NCBI GenBank assembly: GCA_964252075.1
Contig: CAXULY010000010.1
Location: forward strand, 64,327-128,326
Direction of reading: 5' to 3'
DNA from: an uncultured Deinococcaceae bacterium
Lineage (GTDB): Bacteria > Deinococcota > Deinococci > Deinococcales > Deinococcaceae
Length of the DNA stretch: 64,000 bases
The stretch's first letter is position 1. Every line of letters starts with the position of its first letter. Under the pieces are notes generated by a model. That model was given only the letters and a program-made list of their open reading frames with translations, had not been told where the DNA came from and ran no database searches. The position numbers and the translations under genes are program-made. Below are positions 19,601 through 28,568 of the stretch, in pieces.

Positions 19601-21218
19601 GAACGGCCTGAACCACCTCACGGGCGCGCTGCAATCCGGCGTGAGCCTCGCCGGGGACGTCGGGCGCATCTTCGCGAACCCCCTCGACATCGGCGCGTGG
19701 GTGAAGGGCGTCGGGGACTTCGTGAACGTGGTGGGCCAGCTCGGCGAGACCATCACCGACTGGCTGAACCCCGGCCTGCGCGAGTGGCAGGAGCACCAGA
19801 AGAAAAGTGGTGAGGAGATGCTGCAGATCGCGCAGCAGACGAACACCGACAACATCTTAGGGAAGGAGGGCAGCAACCCCTTCGCGCAGCAGCTGGAGGA
19901 CTGGGGCAAGAACAGCGCCGCCCTCGGCAACGCGGGCTTCTGGCAGCGCGTGTGGTGGGGCCTCACGGGCTCCGCCCCGAAGGCCCTGGATGACGCGACC
20001 CGCAAGGTGCTGGAGCAGAGCGCGAAGATCTTCGCGAACTTCGCGCAGGGCAGCCAGCAGGCCCTCACGGACGCCATCACGAACGCCTACACCACCGGCG
20101 ACCGCTCGCAGGTGCGGGAGGCCATCCAGAAGGCCGTGTGGGACATGGTGGTGAAGAACCTGATCGACGCGGAGGTCACCGCCGCGATGGCGGTGCCGGC
20201 CATCGCGGACAAGATCGTCAAGCTCACCACGGACCTTCAGGCGTACATCGCGGAGAAGGCGAAAGGCAAAGACGCCGACCCCCTCAAACTCAAGCAACTC
20301 GGGGACGCCATCCGGGCGGACGCCGCGGACCTTGACGGTGCGCTGGGGGACGCGGCGGACGGCATTCTGGACGCGCTGGGCGGTCTGGACGGCACGCAGG
20401 ACAAGCTCGCGCACATCATGGATGGTTTCGACCTGGGCGGCACCATCAGCGACGCCGTGCTGAACGGCTTCGAGAGCGGCGACTGGTCGAACGTCGCGAC
20501 CACCATCCAGAAGACGCTGCAGAAGTACGTGGTGCAGCAGATCATTCAGATGGGCGTGCAGGCCGCCCTCGCCTCGGCGGGCGTGGCCGACAAGCTCGCG
20601 GCGCTCGGTCCGCTCATCGCGGACGCCATGACCACCGGCAACTGGGGCGCCGTGCAGGCCGCCGTGACGGACATCTACACCACCGCAGGCAACATCGCTG
20701 GGCAGGTGGCGCAGATGCTGCCACCCGGCCTCGGGTTCGGCAGTGAACGCGGGCAGGGCGGCAATGGGAATGAACAAGCCATCCCGTACATCACCGACAA
20801 GGACGAGCGCGCCTACCTGGAGGACCAGCTCAAGATCCAGCAGCAGATGCTCGCAGACCCGACCCTCACCGGGGGCGCCCGTCAGGGGCTGCTCGCCGCG
20901 CGCGGCGTGGAGCTCGCGGGCCTCACGGGGGATCAGTCCCTCATCCCGAAACTCACGGAGAGCAACGTGGACCTCACGCACGCCGTCATGGACAACACCG
21001 CCGCCTTCAAGGCGCTCAGCGTGAACACAGGCGCTGGACTCGCCGCGCCGGGGTACGTGGGCTTGCAGGGCGCCCTGGACAACAGCAGCACCTTGTTGCA
21101 GCGCGCCGCACAGCAGCTCGTCAACGCCACCGCGGCGGATCAGGCGAGCGCGGAGCGCATCCTCGCGGTGCTGCTGGCGCAGGCCACCCCCACGGCGTTC
21201 GTGGGGTGGACGACATGA
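13656..21218 (+). CDS. Tape measure protein with internal CHAP/NlpC-like domain
   Basis: 2520 aa, Ala-rich helical; TMP core (G...GATGLRNAM, LGVKMRDSTG.MR); WCADVAS..GDVVFY..HVEVV. Confidence 0.93.
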   Translation: MAEILNVGAFGVGVEVEQASLAAAEALLHQRLTKGVQLPVGIDTKAAETQLGRFRSQVETLKRDLAGLNLTGLTSKLGGSKAFGDLAQAREQIKGLEMTWEELGAVVNATTQQEVQGYKRVGAEASNYRNTLQLNLRLQGQVQREAMGGAAALRQEANALRNMWQNGMDEGAVLAGMQRLNTLAGQNIAVIEKQVAALREKGQTEAGLTAREEQQLRGLIALQNSYSGALKTTASTMNTINGVITRGSLAAGVSAGYRDAAAGVKLLGDQLKGNQITQAEYDLRIRGTITSLQGEVAAIRANITAQQERIASLRAAGQSDAAEVTQLERLQAALRSYTATLGTATAAQQRNNATRAGAFNAGAGMSGKLNGAALGLSFVSPEAGMVASMAAMGPATAAMAGLGVAVAGVVHLTKDGQTEAKRLQQAYLVMSANGIKNLDQINASLDSIIQNGSQAEKMFSKSELAGSLAELARGGVRGADALTTLKTSTQLAAAEHIKLNVATERLYANLQHLDLGSDSAAMFGDKLARASHMSLASMDNLSRGINVLGATAHQMDFTLDEMLAMLVAAAKKGMDPATIGATGLRNAMQKVLTPSKEAGVIYEELGVKMRDSTGHMRSGRDIMMDLQHVFSTTEPVYNKLTGTLITKTDLARMAFQIFGTRSATAFLSILGNIGDLTHEIQDSEGFLNHYSGEVVSGLEGAQKRLDAATKNLSLSFSKTFTPAMAGATEALATFMSQQVVPAVTKLTEFFNLLDGKHANEINAVLTIKAGDSSTEQTLKMLGGQIVKLNAFGDNASKMNEANSVVQQLINAGVLKGQAFGGLGIDPKSGKLNLSGEGGLASTDQVKWVADHLEYYRKMLEDVKRSQQATGPDGVQHVTMNAYANAGAQGGDALTKAFIGKVTSTVVGDPKINAWCADVASRILTGLGYHLTYSNNARQLEKNVRAAGGQVINPKDARQGDVVFYHGIDPSTKRPYGSTSGTHVEVVAGFEHGRMMLVGSNGINGSRAVTQKPFYDPTQATIYRLPGTVAGAKGNPAPPPEHDPHAPNPKNQLQADQAQGLRLIHQYVLAMQSGSNAWQSSAKSALDAFRKNYKTAWAGIADDYQKAIKVLKPPKVKVKPGDYNLSDADWAKLRGQAMELAKLQDQLDGGKLGESAGLAAKRRIATFQGGGDARRAALSYASDLLHNKPKASDYSLTDADWAKLKGQATELARLQDQLSNGKLSEGAALDAKRRIADFQGESRARQAAFQFATDLLQQQQGRERENDQDRRQRASAELASLKANIRDASDGRLQELQATVTDGKQRAVVEEEVQRRTKAARKSTAEAIKTATTQLAGLDKDARQQEVDRAQDAHTHEAQLRDAALKGAGDDAQKRLAIEEDYAGKVRAKAEALAAIQLVQVKRNAEATRDAAIAAIPASTPAALRDQLINGKNGILAVFNGDVSKAYRAFYAGMGDASSDAAGRVEHAMGDVADANRRAADESYAAWKRVTLDSVEHFSNQTLLRLYSEAAESRDQDLVAQLFAEIERRRQQFGLTGGVSLLDIDRQRREFRQAGQEAVPVEQGAEPARFLPVGAPPAVSAQAEAFSENLDQVRKQLKDLGDQYRAGLISTDDYASGVEKLNAQLWDLYHNLQRAGNANGAAQVRDLLGASRFPRDLAPAPVTPEGALPGSVARAQGDQGAIDARTGAAVKSAAAFSEQLDQDRQQLAQWDADLHAGTLSLQAYQQNVDGLRQRLWDLYAALKAAGNTAGAGQVKALLGPSQFPRDAHPAPVGSETLPGTIGVARGDQTAIADAQARNFADFQRRLQDAAPILAHNTDLQQQFGESLRRTADAGGLTASQLAVLEGLLTQLGEGTQHALTPLEQADQTISGLVQKGADLQDSFESGVTSSEDYGQQLQQLAGQATLYAKSAERMAQAARDAGNSAGAERWAQLAEEYRHIAQAALAAVPALSRLAGALAGTLEVVGALQNLMSGFGVTEGNFVNGLNHLTGALQSGVSLAGDVGRIFANPLDIGAWVKGVGDFVNVVGQLGETITDWLNPGLREWQEHQKKSGEEMLQIAQQTNTDNILGKEGSNPFAQQLEDWGKNSAALGNAGFWQRVWWGLTGSAPKALDDATRKVLEQSAKIFANFAQGSQQALTDAITNAYTTGDRSQVREAIQKAVWDMVVKNLIDAEVTAAMAVPAIADKIVKLTTDLQAYIAEKAKGKDADPLKLKQLGDAIRADAADLDGALGDAADGILDALGGLDGTQDKLAHIMDGFDLGGTISDAVLNGFESGDWSNVATTIQKTLQKYVVQQIIQMGVQAALASAGVADKLAALGPLIADAMTTGNWGAVQAAVTDIYTTAGNIAGQVAQMLPPGLGFGSERGQGGNGNEQAIPYITDKDERAYLEDQLKIQQQMLADPTLTGGARQGLLAARGVELAGLTGDQSLIPKLTESNVDLTHAVMDNTAAFKALSVNTGAGLAAPGYVGLQGALDNSSTLLQRAAQQLVNATAADQASAERILAVLLAQATPTAFVGWTT

Positions 21219-22675
21219 CCGTCACGACGGGCACGGGCGTCCTGATCTACCAACCGGGCCGCGTGACGGTGCAGGCCTGGACGGCGGCCACCTCCGTCCT
21301 CACCGACACCCTCGGTCCGGAGGTCATCAGCGGCCGGGCGCAGTACGGCGCACTCGGCACCTGCGCGACCGCTGAACTGGTGCTGGCGGTGGAACCGGAC
21401 GGCTGGGGGCAGAACTCGCACCGCATCGACATCCTGCTGGACAGCGAGCGCGGCGCGCAGGAGCGCGTGTGGCAGGGCGTGATCGATCAGGTCGTCACGC
21501 AGGACGGGCAGACGCGCGTGCAACTCAGCGGCATTTACGCGCAGTATCAGGAGGGCGAGACGAGCCGCGCCGGCACGGACATGCCCGTCAGCGCGAAGCG
21601 CACGTACGGCGCGAGCCTGGACTTCACCCTCAATGAAGTCACGCTGGAAGAAACCGCCAAGGCCGCCCTCACCGGGCAGAATGGCGACGTGGGCACCGGC
21701 CCGGACGGCGCCTTCGTCATCGGGTACCCGAGCAGCGCCACGCGCCTCACCATCCCGCTGGGGCAGACGGTGGCGGCGTTCGGGAACCGCGTGCTCCGGG
21801 CGCTGCCCGAGCTGCAGAACCAGGGGCAGCAGCTCGGGGACTACGGCACCGAGTACACCGCGTCCCTCGGCGATGGCTGGTCACCGCAGCGCGGGCAGCG
21901 CAACGACCTCACGCCCTACACCCGCCGCAAGATGATCAAGGGCACCGCGCGCGGACAGACAGGCAGCCAGACACAGACGTTCACGTACACGGGCTTTAAC
22001 CCGGGTGGCTTCACGCTGAGCGCGGACGGCAGCACGCACGGGTATGGCATGGTCGCCACCACCAACATTCAGGGTGACGTGACGACCGGCGGCGGCCTGC
22101 TGGTCCTCAAACATACGAGCGGCACCGCGCGGTGGGGCGTTAGCATCAATAGCAACAACGCCAACTGGACGGCGGACTGGCAGGTGACCGGGCCGAACGG
22201 CGTCACCAAGAACGGGTACAGCTCCGGTCAGGACGGCGGTGTCCCTCCCATCACCGACACCCTCGACCTGGGCGAGACGGGCGCGGGCGGACTGCTCACC
22301 ATCCACCTGAACGTCTCCATCCTCCGCAACAGTCCCGCGAACTCTTCCGTCAGCGGCACCATCCTCACGCCCACCGCCGTGATGCGGACGCTACAGACCG
22401 CGAGCACCGTCACCGGCATTGACGGGCTCAGCAGGCCGCTGCATCAGGACGCGAGTTATGCCTTCACGCTGCCCGTGTGGGGCATTCCGCCCTTCAGCGT
22501 CTCGACTCCCTCCGGCTCGCAGGACGTGGCGGGCGCTGTGGTGAGCTGGGACCGTACCAACCTGCAGACGCAGTTCACGACCAGCGCCCTCCCCAGCGGG
22601 CAGCGCGGCGAGTACAACCCCGCCCGCTTCGGGGACGTCCTGGTCGGCCAGACCTACATGCGGAGGCGCGCGTGA
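21215..22675 (+). CDS. Tail tip/hub protein
   Basis: ATGA-coupled to TMP; RVWQGVI motif; beta-rich. Confidence 0.65.
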   Translation: MTVTTGTGVLIYQPGRVTVQAWTAATSVLTDTLGPEVISGRAQYGALGTCATAELVLAVEPDGWGQNSHRIDILLDSERGAQERVWQGVIDQVVTQDGQTRVQLSGIYAQYQEGETSRAGTDMPVSAKRTYGASLDFTLNEVTLEETAKAALTGQNGDVGTGPDGAFVIGYPSSATRLTIPLGQTVAAFGNRVLRALPELQNQGQQLGDYGTEYTASLGDGWSPQRGQRNDLTPYTRRKMIKGTARGQTGSQTQTFTYTGFNPGGFTLSADGSTHGYGMVATTNIQGDVTTGGGLLVLKHTSGTARWGVSINSNNANWTADWQVTGPNGVTKNGYSSGQDGGVPPITDTLDLGETGAGGLLTIHLNVSILRNSPANSSVSGTILTPTAVMRTLQTASTVTGIDGLSRPLHQDASYAFTLPVWGIPPFSVSTPSGSQDVAGAVVSWDRTNLQTQFTTSALPSGQRGEYNPARFGDVLVGQTYMRRRA

Positions 22676-23091
22676 CCATCCCAGACCCCATTTACGTGCC
22701 GTACGACGCGCCCGGCCCCGTGCGGCTCCTGCAGGGCACCAGCCCACCCTTCCCCCTGCCCGTCACCACGGAGATCGTGCGACTGCGCGGCGAGGTTCAG
22801 CCGAACCTGGAGCGCGCCCGCAATTACGACGACCTGTACGCCCTGCACGACGGGCGCCCCGCGCCGTACAGCATGGAGTTCAAGGTGGCGCTCGTGTGCC
22901 TGAACAGTGCGGAGGCGAACGCGAAACTCGCGGATCTCCGCGCCGCCGTCCTCACCTGCACGGGCGTGGACGTCGAGGACGACCCGCAGGACTACCCCGG
23001 ACTCGGGGGCAGCCTCGGCAGCCCCGTGTACTCCGATGGCCGGCGCACCGTGACCGTCACGGTGTTCGTCACCCCCAGCAAAGTGCGCTGA
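22672..23091 (+). CDS. Distal-tail-like protein
   Basis: GGAGG SD, GTGA overlap; position. Confidence 0.55.
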   Translation: MTIPDPIYVPYDAPGPVRLLQGTSPPFPLPVTTEIVRLRGEVQPNLERARNYDDLYALHDGRPAPYSMEFKVALVCLNSAEANAKLADLRAAVLTCTGVDVEDDPQDYPGLGGSLGSPVYSDGRRTVTVTVFVTPSKVR

Positions 23092-23104
23092 AAGGAGGCC
23101 CCCC

Positions 23105-25420
23105 ATGGCCTTGAAGACCGTGACCGCGAGCCTCCCCGTGGGCTCCGGAGTGACCAGTGTGGCCGCCAGCGTCGAGATGCCCGTGTGGAGCAGCGGCGGG
23201 CAGATCGCGGGCGGCGAGTACCCCCTCACCGTCAACCTCACTGGCGGCGTCGCCACCATCAGTGGCAGCATCCCGGGTGCGGCGGTGGGCGACCCCGCAC
23301 CGCCCACCTGCACGCTGCGCCTCATGTACAACGGCGCCGCGAACCCCACGCGCGTCACGCAGTTCCTGCCCATCGAGACGAGTTCGGGCACCATCAACCT
23401 CAACCAGCGCCTCGCGGCGGGCAAACCCGTGGTGGGCGGGCAGTACACGCCACCGGGCGGCGGCGCCACGACCCTCGATGGCCTGACCGACGTGGACACC
23501 TCGGACGTCACGAACGGGCAGGCGCTCACGTACGATTCCGCCTCCAGCACCTGGAAGCCCAGCACCGTGGCGGCTGGCGGATCAGGGCCCGCCATTGATG
23601 ACACGACTGCCAGCACCACCAAGGTGTACAGCAGCAACAAGGTCAAGTCGCTCACGGACGCGCTCGGTACCAGAATTGACAACCTGCCGAACAACCCGGG
23701 TGGGGGCGGGGGCGGGTCCGCGCGATACGTGGAGAGCACCCTCGCGCGCACCGCGGGACCGGCGGGGCCGCTCGCCCTCACGTGGAAGCTCACGGGCCAG
23801 AAGCGCGGCGTGACGATGCTCGACAGCCGTTTCGTGGAGGCGTACGACGGGTTCGAGGCGGACTTCGGGTTGTACACGCGCCTCACCGCGACACCCAGCA
23901 GCAACCCCATCGGGGCGTACAACACGGGCACCGCCACCATCAGCTCGGGAAAGATGGTGTTCACGGGTGCGGGCACCGGGGCGGGCTCGCAGTTCCGCCT
24001 CCTCGGGCCGCGCAAGCTCCGCGCGCCGTACGCGGTGGTGATCGCGGACGTCACCGCGTGGAGCGCCGCGACGGTGAACAACATCGCGCGCGTGGGCCTG
24101 TACTGCGACGCGAACAACTACCTGGAGTTCAGTTACGACCGGTCCAACGGGCAGGCGACGCTGGTGCTGGTGCTGGACACCGCGCACGGCATCATCGGCG
24201 GCCCCGTCAGCAACAAACTCGTGGACGTCACAATGAACACCACGGCACCCGCCCGCATGGCGCTCCGCCTGGAGGGGTACGACGCGAGCATATGGATGGA
24301 CTTCGGGGATGGGTGGGTGCCGCTCGGCGTCACCACCACCAGCACCCTGTGGAACCCGTACAGCGAGGCCATCATCAGTCAGTTCGCGTACGGCATCGGC
24401 GCGTTCCAGCCGCCCGGCTTCTCCCTGACCATGGGCGCGTGGCGCGCGGGCTGGCCGGGCGCCATCGGGTACCGCGTGCCGATCCTCGTGACGTGGGACG
24501 ACAACACCCCGTACCGCGCGCCAGACGGGCGGATTTACGTGACGCTCGTGACGGCGGGCCTCCCGCACACCAACGCGTACAGCGGCGACGCGGGCCACAC
24601 CGGCATCTACCTGATGGACCCCGTGACGTACGCGCTGGAGGAGGTGGGGAAGCACATCTACCGGTACCAGGGGAACCTGGCGGGGTACCAGGGCACGCAG
24701 ATCACCGTCATGCGGGACACCGGGGAGATGATTTACCTCACCACCACGTTCGGCGGTCCCGCCGTCACGACGCTGCGCAACGCGGTGGGGCGCACGGGCG
24801 CGGACGTCCTGCACGGCGTGCACCTGCTGGACGTGACGGAACTCCCGCTGCCCCTGCCGAGCGGCACGACCGGGCATTACGACGGGTGGCTGCACTGGGA
24901 CGGCACGCAGTGGTGGTGCGGCACGGGCATCAACGCGGGCGCGGGCGCCGTGCAGGCGGGCCTGTACCAGAGTGCGGGCGCGGACCTCATGGGGACGTGG
25001 ACGCTCATCGGGCGGGACACCACCACCACGCAGGTGGTGGAGGCGTGCAAACTCACGCGCATCAACGGCGCGCTGTACTGGACGTTCGCGCACCTGAGTT
25101 ACTGCCGCGTGTACAACTACGCGGACCTCAGTTACGTCGGGAACCTCAACTGGGACAGCAGCCCGTACAACGGCGCCGCGAACATCCCCCCGCACGGCAT
25201 GTGGTACCCGCTGGTGCGGTCGGACGGGAAGACCGTGTGGCAGATGGTGAGCAGCGCGGACGTGCCGTGGCCCACTGCGGGCGGCTTCGAGTCCGAAGGC
25301 ACCCTCCTGATCCTAGAGGCGGTGGAGCTCAGCAACGGGTGGGAGGCGCCGTACCGCGTGCCGACCGGCCCCGGACCCAGCGCGCCCGGCCCCGTGCCCG
25401 CCCTCGCCGCCATCCGTTAG
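23105..25420 (+). CDS. Tail fibre/receptor-binding protein
   Basis: LDGLTDVD..GQALTYD...WKP and IDDT..STTKVYSS fibre repeats; lectin/propeller-like C-terminus. Confidence 0.75.
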   Translation: MALKTVTASLPVGSGVTSVAASVEMPVWSSGGQIAGGEYPLTVNLTGGVATISGSIPGAAVGDPAPPTCTLRLMYNGAANPTRVTQFLPIETSSGTINLNQRLAAGKPVVGGQYTPPGGGATTLDGLTDVDTSDVTNGQALTYDSASSTWKPSTVAAGGSGPAIDDTTASTTKVYSSNKVKSLTDALGTRIDNLPNNPGGGGGGSARYVESTLARTAGPAGPLALTWKLTGQKRGVTMLDSRFVEAYDGFEADFGLYTRLTATPSSNPIGAYNTGTATISSGKMVFTGAGTGAGSQFRLLGPRKLRAPYAVVIADVTAWSAATVNNIARVGLYCDANNYLEFSYDRSNGQATLVLVLDTAHGIIGGPVSNKLVDVTMNTTAPARMALRLEGYDASIWMDFGDGWVPLGVTTTSTLWNPYSEAIISQFAYGIGAFQPPGFSLTMGAWRAGWPGAIGYRVPILVTWDDNTPYRAPDGRIYVTLVTAGLPHTNAYSGDAGHTGIYLMDPVTYALEEVGKHIYRYQGNLAGYQGTQITVMRDTGEMIYLTTTFGGPAVTTLRNAVGRTGADVLHGVHLLDVTELPLPLPSGTTGHYDGWLHWDGTQWWCGTGINAGAGAVQAGLYQSAGADLMGTWTLIGRDTTTTQVVEACKLTRINGALYWTFAHLSYCRVYNYADLSYVGNLNWDSSPYNGAANIPPHGMWYPLVRSDGKTVWQMVSSADVPWPTAGGFESEGTLLILEAVELSNGWEAPYRVPTGPGPSAPGPVPALAAIR

Positions 25421-25434
25421 GTCAGGAGGGCCAC

Positions 25435-25755
25435 ATGGATGACACCTGTTACGTCACGCAGGGCAGCACCCTGCGGTACACCTTCACGTGGACGGACACG
25501 CAAGGCGCGGACCTCGCCGTTCAGAGCGCCCGCGTGCAGTTCCGAAGTCAGCCGGGCGGCACGCTTCAGGTCGAGGTGCCGCAGGACGCCATCAGCATCA
25601 CGGGGAACCTCGTGGGTTTCGTCATCGGTCCGGACCTCACACGCCAGATCACGGGCGAGGTGGTGGGCTGCAAGGTCGTCACGTCGGACAACGAGACGTA
25701 CGAGGACCACAAGCGCGTGCTTGTGGTTGAGGGGGTGGTGAGCGATGCCGAGTAA
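25435..25755 (+). CDS. Tail-associated protein
   Basis: AGGAGG SD; QGST...FTW motif. Confidence 0.65.
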   Translation: MDDTCYVTQGSTLRYTFTWTDTQGADLAVQSARVQFRSQPGGTLQVEVPQDAISITGNLVGFVIGPDLTRQITGEVVGCKVVTSDNETYEDHKRVLVVEGVVSDAE

Positions 25756-26215
25756 GGGCGGGCAGCAAGGCGCGCGGGCGACTGGGCGGACGGTGCAGGA
25801 CACCGGCGCGGTGGGCCCACCGCCCGGCCCGCGCGGGCCACAGGGACCAGCGGGGCGCACGTTTAAGGACGTGGCGGCCCGCGCGCTCTCCGGGCACCGC
25901 GCCGTGCGTCTCACCGGCCTCGGGCTGGATTACCTCGACCCTGTGCGGGCCGGAAACCAGTTCGCTCTCGCGGGCCTCACCACCAGCGCGGCGGAGCAGG
26001 GCGCGGAGGTGGAGTACATGACGAACGGCCCGATTGAGGAGCCGTCGTGGAACTGGCGCCCCATGCGCGCCGTGATGATCGGCCCGATGGGCGTGCTCAC
26101 GCAGGACCCCGCCGACCTGGAGGGGAACGCGTGGGTGCAGGCCATCGGGTACGCCGTGAGCCCCACCCGCCTCTTCGTGGCGCCGCGCGTGCCCATCGCG
26201 CGAGAAGGAACCTGA
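25745..26215 (+). CDS. Virion fibre-associated protein
   Basis: GPRGPQGP; ALSGHRAV, EPSWNW, IGYA motifs. Confidence 0.7.
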   Translation: MPSKGGQQGARATGRTVQDTGAVGPPPGPRGPQGPAGRTFKDVAARALSGHRAVRLTGLGLDYLDPVRAGNQFALAGLTTSAAEQGAEVEYMTNGPIEEPSWNWRPMRAVMIGPMGVLTQDPADLEGNAWVQAIGYAVSPTRLFVAPRVPIAREGT

Positions 26216-26216
26216 C

Positions 26217-26816
26217 ATGCCCCGATTCATCAAACGCAACAGCACTGGGACGGGCCTCATCGAGGAGAGCACGGTCGCCACGAGCGCCGGCGCGGCGAGC
26301 GCGGGCAAGGTGCCGGAGTTGGACGGCACCGGCAAGCTGGACGCGAGCATGCTGAACAGCACCACCACGAGCGCGGGCGCGAGCAGCACCGGCAAGCTCG
26401 TGGCGCTGGACGGTGCGGGCCGTCTGGACGCCACCGTGATGCCCGTGGGCTTCGGCGCGGACACCGGCACCCTGCAGGCGTCCGAGGCGCTGAGCGCCGG
26501 GGATTACATCAACGTGTGGAGCAGCGGCGGCAGCCCCCGCATGCGCAAGGCGGACGCCAGCACGTCCGGCAAAGAAGCGCACGGCTTCGTGCTGCAGGCG
26601 GTCGCGAGCGGCGCGAGCGGTACAGCGTACTTTGAGGGCACGAACACCGCCGCGACCGGACAGACGGCGGGCGTAGTGTTCCTCGACCCGGCGAACCCCG
26701 GCAAGGGCACCACGACCGCGCCGAGCACGGCGGGGCAGGTGTGGCAGAAGATCGGCTTCGCGACGGGCGCCACCACCGTGAACTTCCAGTACAACGAACC
26801 CATCCTGCTGGCCTGA
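26217..26816 (+). CDS. Virion fibre-associated protein with internal duplication
   Basis: Two TSAGA.S.GK...LDG.G.LDA repeats; EALSAGD..N..RKADA..AHGFV. Confidence 0.75.
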   Translation: MPRFIKRNSTGTGLIEESTVATSAGAASAGKVPELDGTGKLDASMLNSTTTSAGASSTGKLVALDGAGRLDATVMPVGFGADTGTLQASEALSAGDYINVWSSGGSPRMRKADASTSGKEAHGFVLQAVASGASGTAYFEGTNTAATGQTAGVVFLDPANPGKGTTTAPSTAGQVWQKIGFATGATTVNFQYNEPILLA

Positions 26817-26819
26817 GCC

Positions 26820-27143
26820 ATGGCGAAACGCAAACCCCTCGTGCTGGTGGGCGGCGGCATGCAGCAGCTCGCCGCAGGTGACACGGTGGACGGCACCACC
26901 CTGCGCGGCAGCCGCACCTTCAGCAACCAGACCCTCGCGACGGTTGGCACGACCGTCACCATCACCGTCACGGGCGCGGCGGTGGGCAGTCCCGTCGTGG
27001 TGAGTCCGCGCGCGGCGCTGCAGGCGGGCCTCTCCCTGTACGGCTGGGTGAGCGCCGCGAACACCGTCAGCGTCAGTTTTGACAACCGCACGCTCGTCAA
27101 CATGTCCTTCACCGGCACGCTGGACGTCGCCGTGATCCCGTAA
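26820..27143 (+). CDS. Virion-associated hypothetical protein
   Basis: MAKRKPLVL..QL.AGD start. Confidence 0.7.
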   Translation: MAKRKPLVLVGGGMQQLAAGDTVDGTTLRGSRTFSNQTLATVGTTVTITVTGAAVGSPVVVSPRAALQAGLSLYGWVSAANTVSVSFDNRTLVNMSFTGTLDVAVIP

Positions 27144-27160
27144 CCCGCTTGGAGGGCCAC

Positions 27161-27544
27161 ATGCTCATCCTCTCCATGGCCCTCGCCCTGTCGGCGGGGG
27201 CCTTCCAGCGACCCATGGACTTCATCCCCCCGCCCGCCCCACCGCTGTGCACGGTCACCGCCGTGTTCAGCCCGCTGTGGTGGAACCGCCTCACCCTGAA
27301 CAACGGTCTGCCCGCCGTGATGTCCGTCAGCGTGGCCCTGAAGCCTGACTGCCCGCCGAACGGGCACGCGGACGTGTTCTTCGACACGGGCGTGCGCCTC
27401 GTCCCAGAGGACGGCCCGTACACCCTCACGCCCGACGCGCCGAGCGTCACGGTGTCGGGCGTGCCGGGGTACTGGATGCCCCGCTGGCGCGCAGCGAGCG
27501 GCCTGCTCTACACCGTCCCCTGGCTGAACCGGGGGACCCAATGA
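27161..27544 (+). CDS. Exported hypothetical protein
   Basis: GGAGG SD; signal-peptide-like N-terminus. Confidence 0.6.
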   Translation: MLILSMALALSAGAFQRPMDFIPPPAPPLCTVTAVFSPLWWNRLTLNNGLPAVMSVSVALKPDCPPNGHADVFFDTGVRLVPEDGPYTLTPDAPSVTVSGVPGYWMPRWRAASGLLYTVPWLNRGTQ

Positions 27545-27556
27545 CGGAGGTGCGCG

Positions 27557-27961
27557 ATGCTCACACTGATCCTGATCGCCGCCACCGTCTCTCTGGACCC
27601 AGGCACGAAGAGCGTCCTCGCAGGCGTGGACTGGGGCGGCGTCATCTACGCGTTCGCGTGGTCCGCCATCATCAGCGGGGCGTCTCTCATGCGGCAACGC
27701 CGCGCGCAGGCCGCGGTCGGCGCGGAGAAGAGCTCCTTCGCGTCCATCATCCCGGAGATGATCCTCGGGAGTGCGTTCGGGTTGGCGTTCGCGCTGTGGG
27801 GTCCGAAGCTCTACCCGCAGCTGAACAACTTCGCGGGCGTCACGGTCCTCAGCATGGTGGGCGGCTCCATCGGCGCGCCCGGCTGGGGCTGGGTGTCACG
27901 GGCACTCGACAGCTACGGGCGGAAACGGTGGGGGGGTGATGACCATGACGCACCGCAGTAA
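27557..27961 (+). CDS. Holin-like membrane protein
   Basis: 3-4 TM segments upstream of the endolysin. Confidence 0.65.
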   Translation: MLTLILIAATVSLDPGTKSVLAGVDWGGVIYAFAWSAIISGASLMRQRRAQAAVGAEKSSFASIIPEMILGSAFGLAFALWGPKLYPQLNNFAGVTVLSMVGGSIGAPGWGWVSRALDSYGRKRWGGDDHDAPQ

Positions 27962-28568
27962 GCCCCGCGCGCGCCTGCGGCAGTTCATCCGGCGCCAGAG
28001 CCCCGTGCAGTCCCCACCGTTCAGGTGGTGGCACGCGCTCCTGCTGCTGGGGTTGCTCCTGGCGGTCGCGGTGACGTTCTGGGCGTCGGGCGTCATGGCG
28101 GACGTGGGGGCGTCCGCAGTGGCGCCCCGTCAATGGCTGGTGCGGCTGGCGGTCACGGTCGTGGGCCTCATTGCGTACAACGTGTTCTGGGTGCGGGCGC
28201 TGCCTGCGTGGCGCGTCGCGAGTTACATGATCGTCTGCCTCGGCCTACTGTTCACCATCGCGCGCAACGAGTACGTGACGCACAACCCCCTCACGGTGAG
28301 CCTCGCGCTGCTGCTGCTGGGCCTGATGGTGGAGGCGGGCGCCATCGCGGTGCGCCCAAACCCGTACGAGCGACTGAACCTGTGCGAAGCGGAGTTGAGG
28401 CGCAACCGGGAGGATCTGAATGACCGGGACAACTGGATTGACCAGTTGATGCTGCAGGCGCGGAACAAAGACGACCACATCAGTCTCCTGATCGCGGCGC
28501 GCGAGGGCGATCAGGCGCGCATCAAGTGGCTTGCCGCGGAGAACGAGCGGCTGAAGGAGCGCACATGA
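27945..28568 (+). CDS. Membrane protein with C-terminal coiled coil (lysis cassette)
   Basis: 4 TM segments plus a coiled coil. Confidence 0.65.
   Translation: MTHRSKPRARLRQFIRRQSPVQSPPFRWWHALLLLGLLLAVAVTFWASGVMADVGASAVAPRQWLVRLAVTVVGLIAYNVFWVRALPAWRVASYMIVCLGLLFTIARNEYVTHNPLTVSLALLLLGLMVEAGAIAVRPNPYERLNLCEAELRRNREDLNDRDNWIDQLMLQARNKDDHISLLIAAREGDQARIKWLAAENERLKERT

Noticed and set aside
13383..19796. 2137-aa minus-strand ORF and many other long overlapping ORFs
   Set aside because: Antisense or shifted-frame shadows of GC3-biased genes; Arg/Ala/Gly-rich with no motifs
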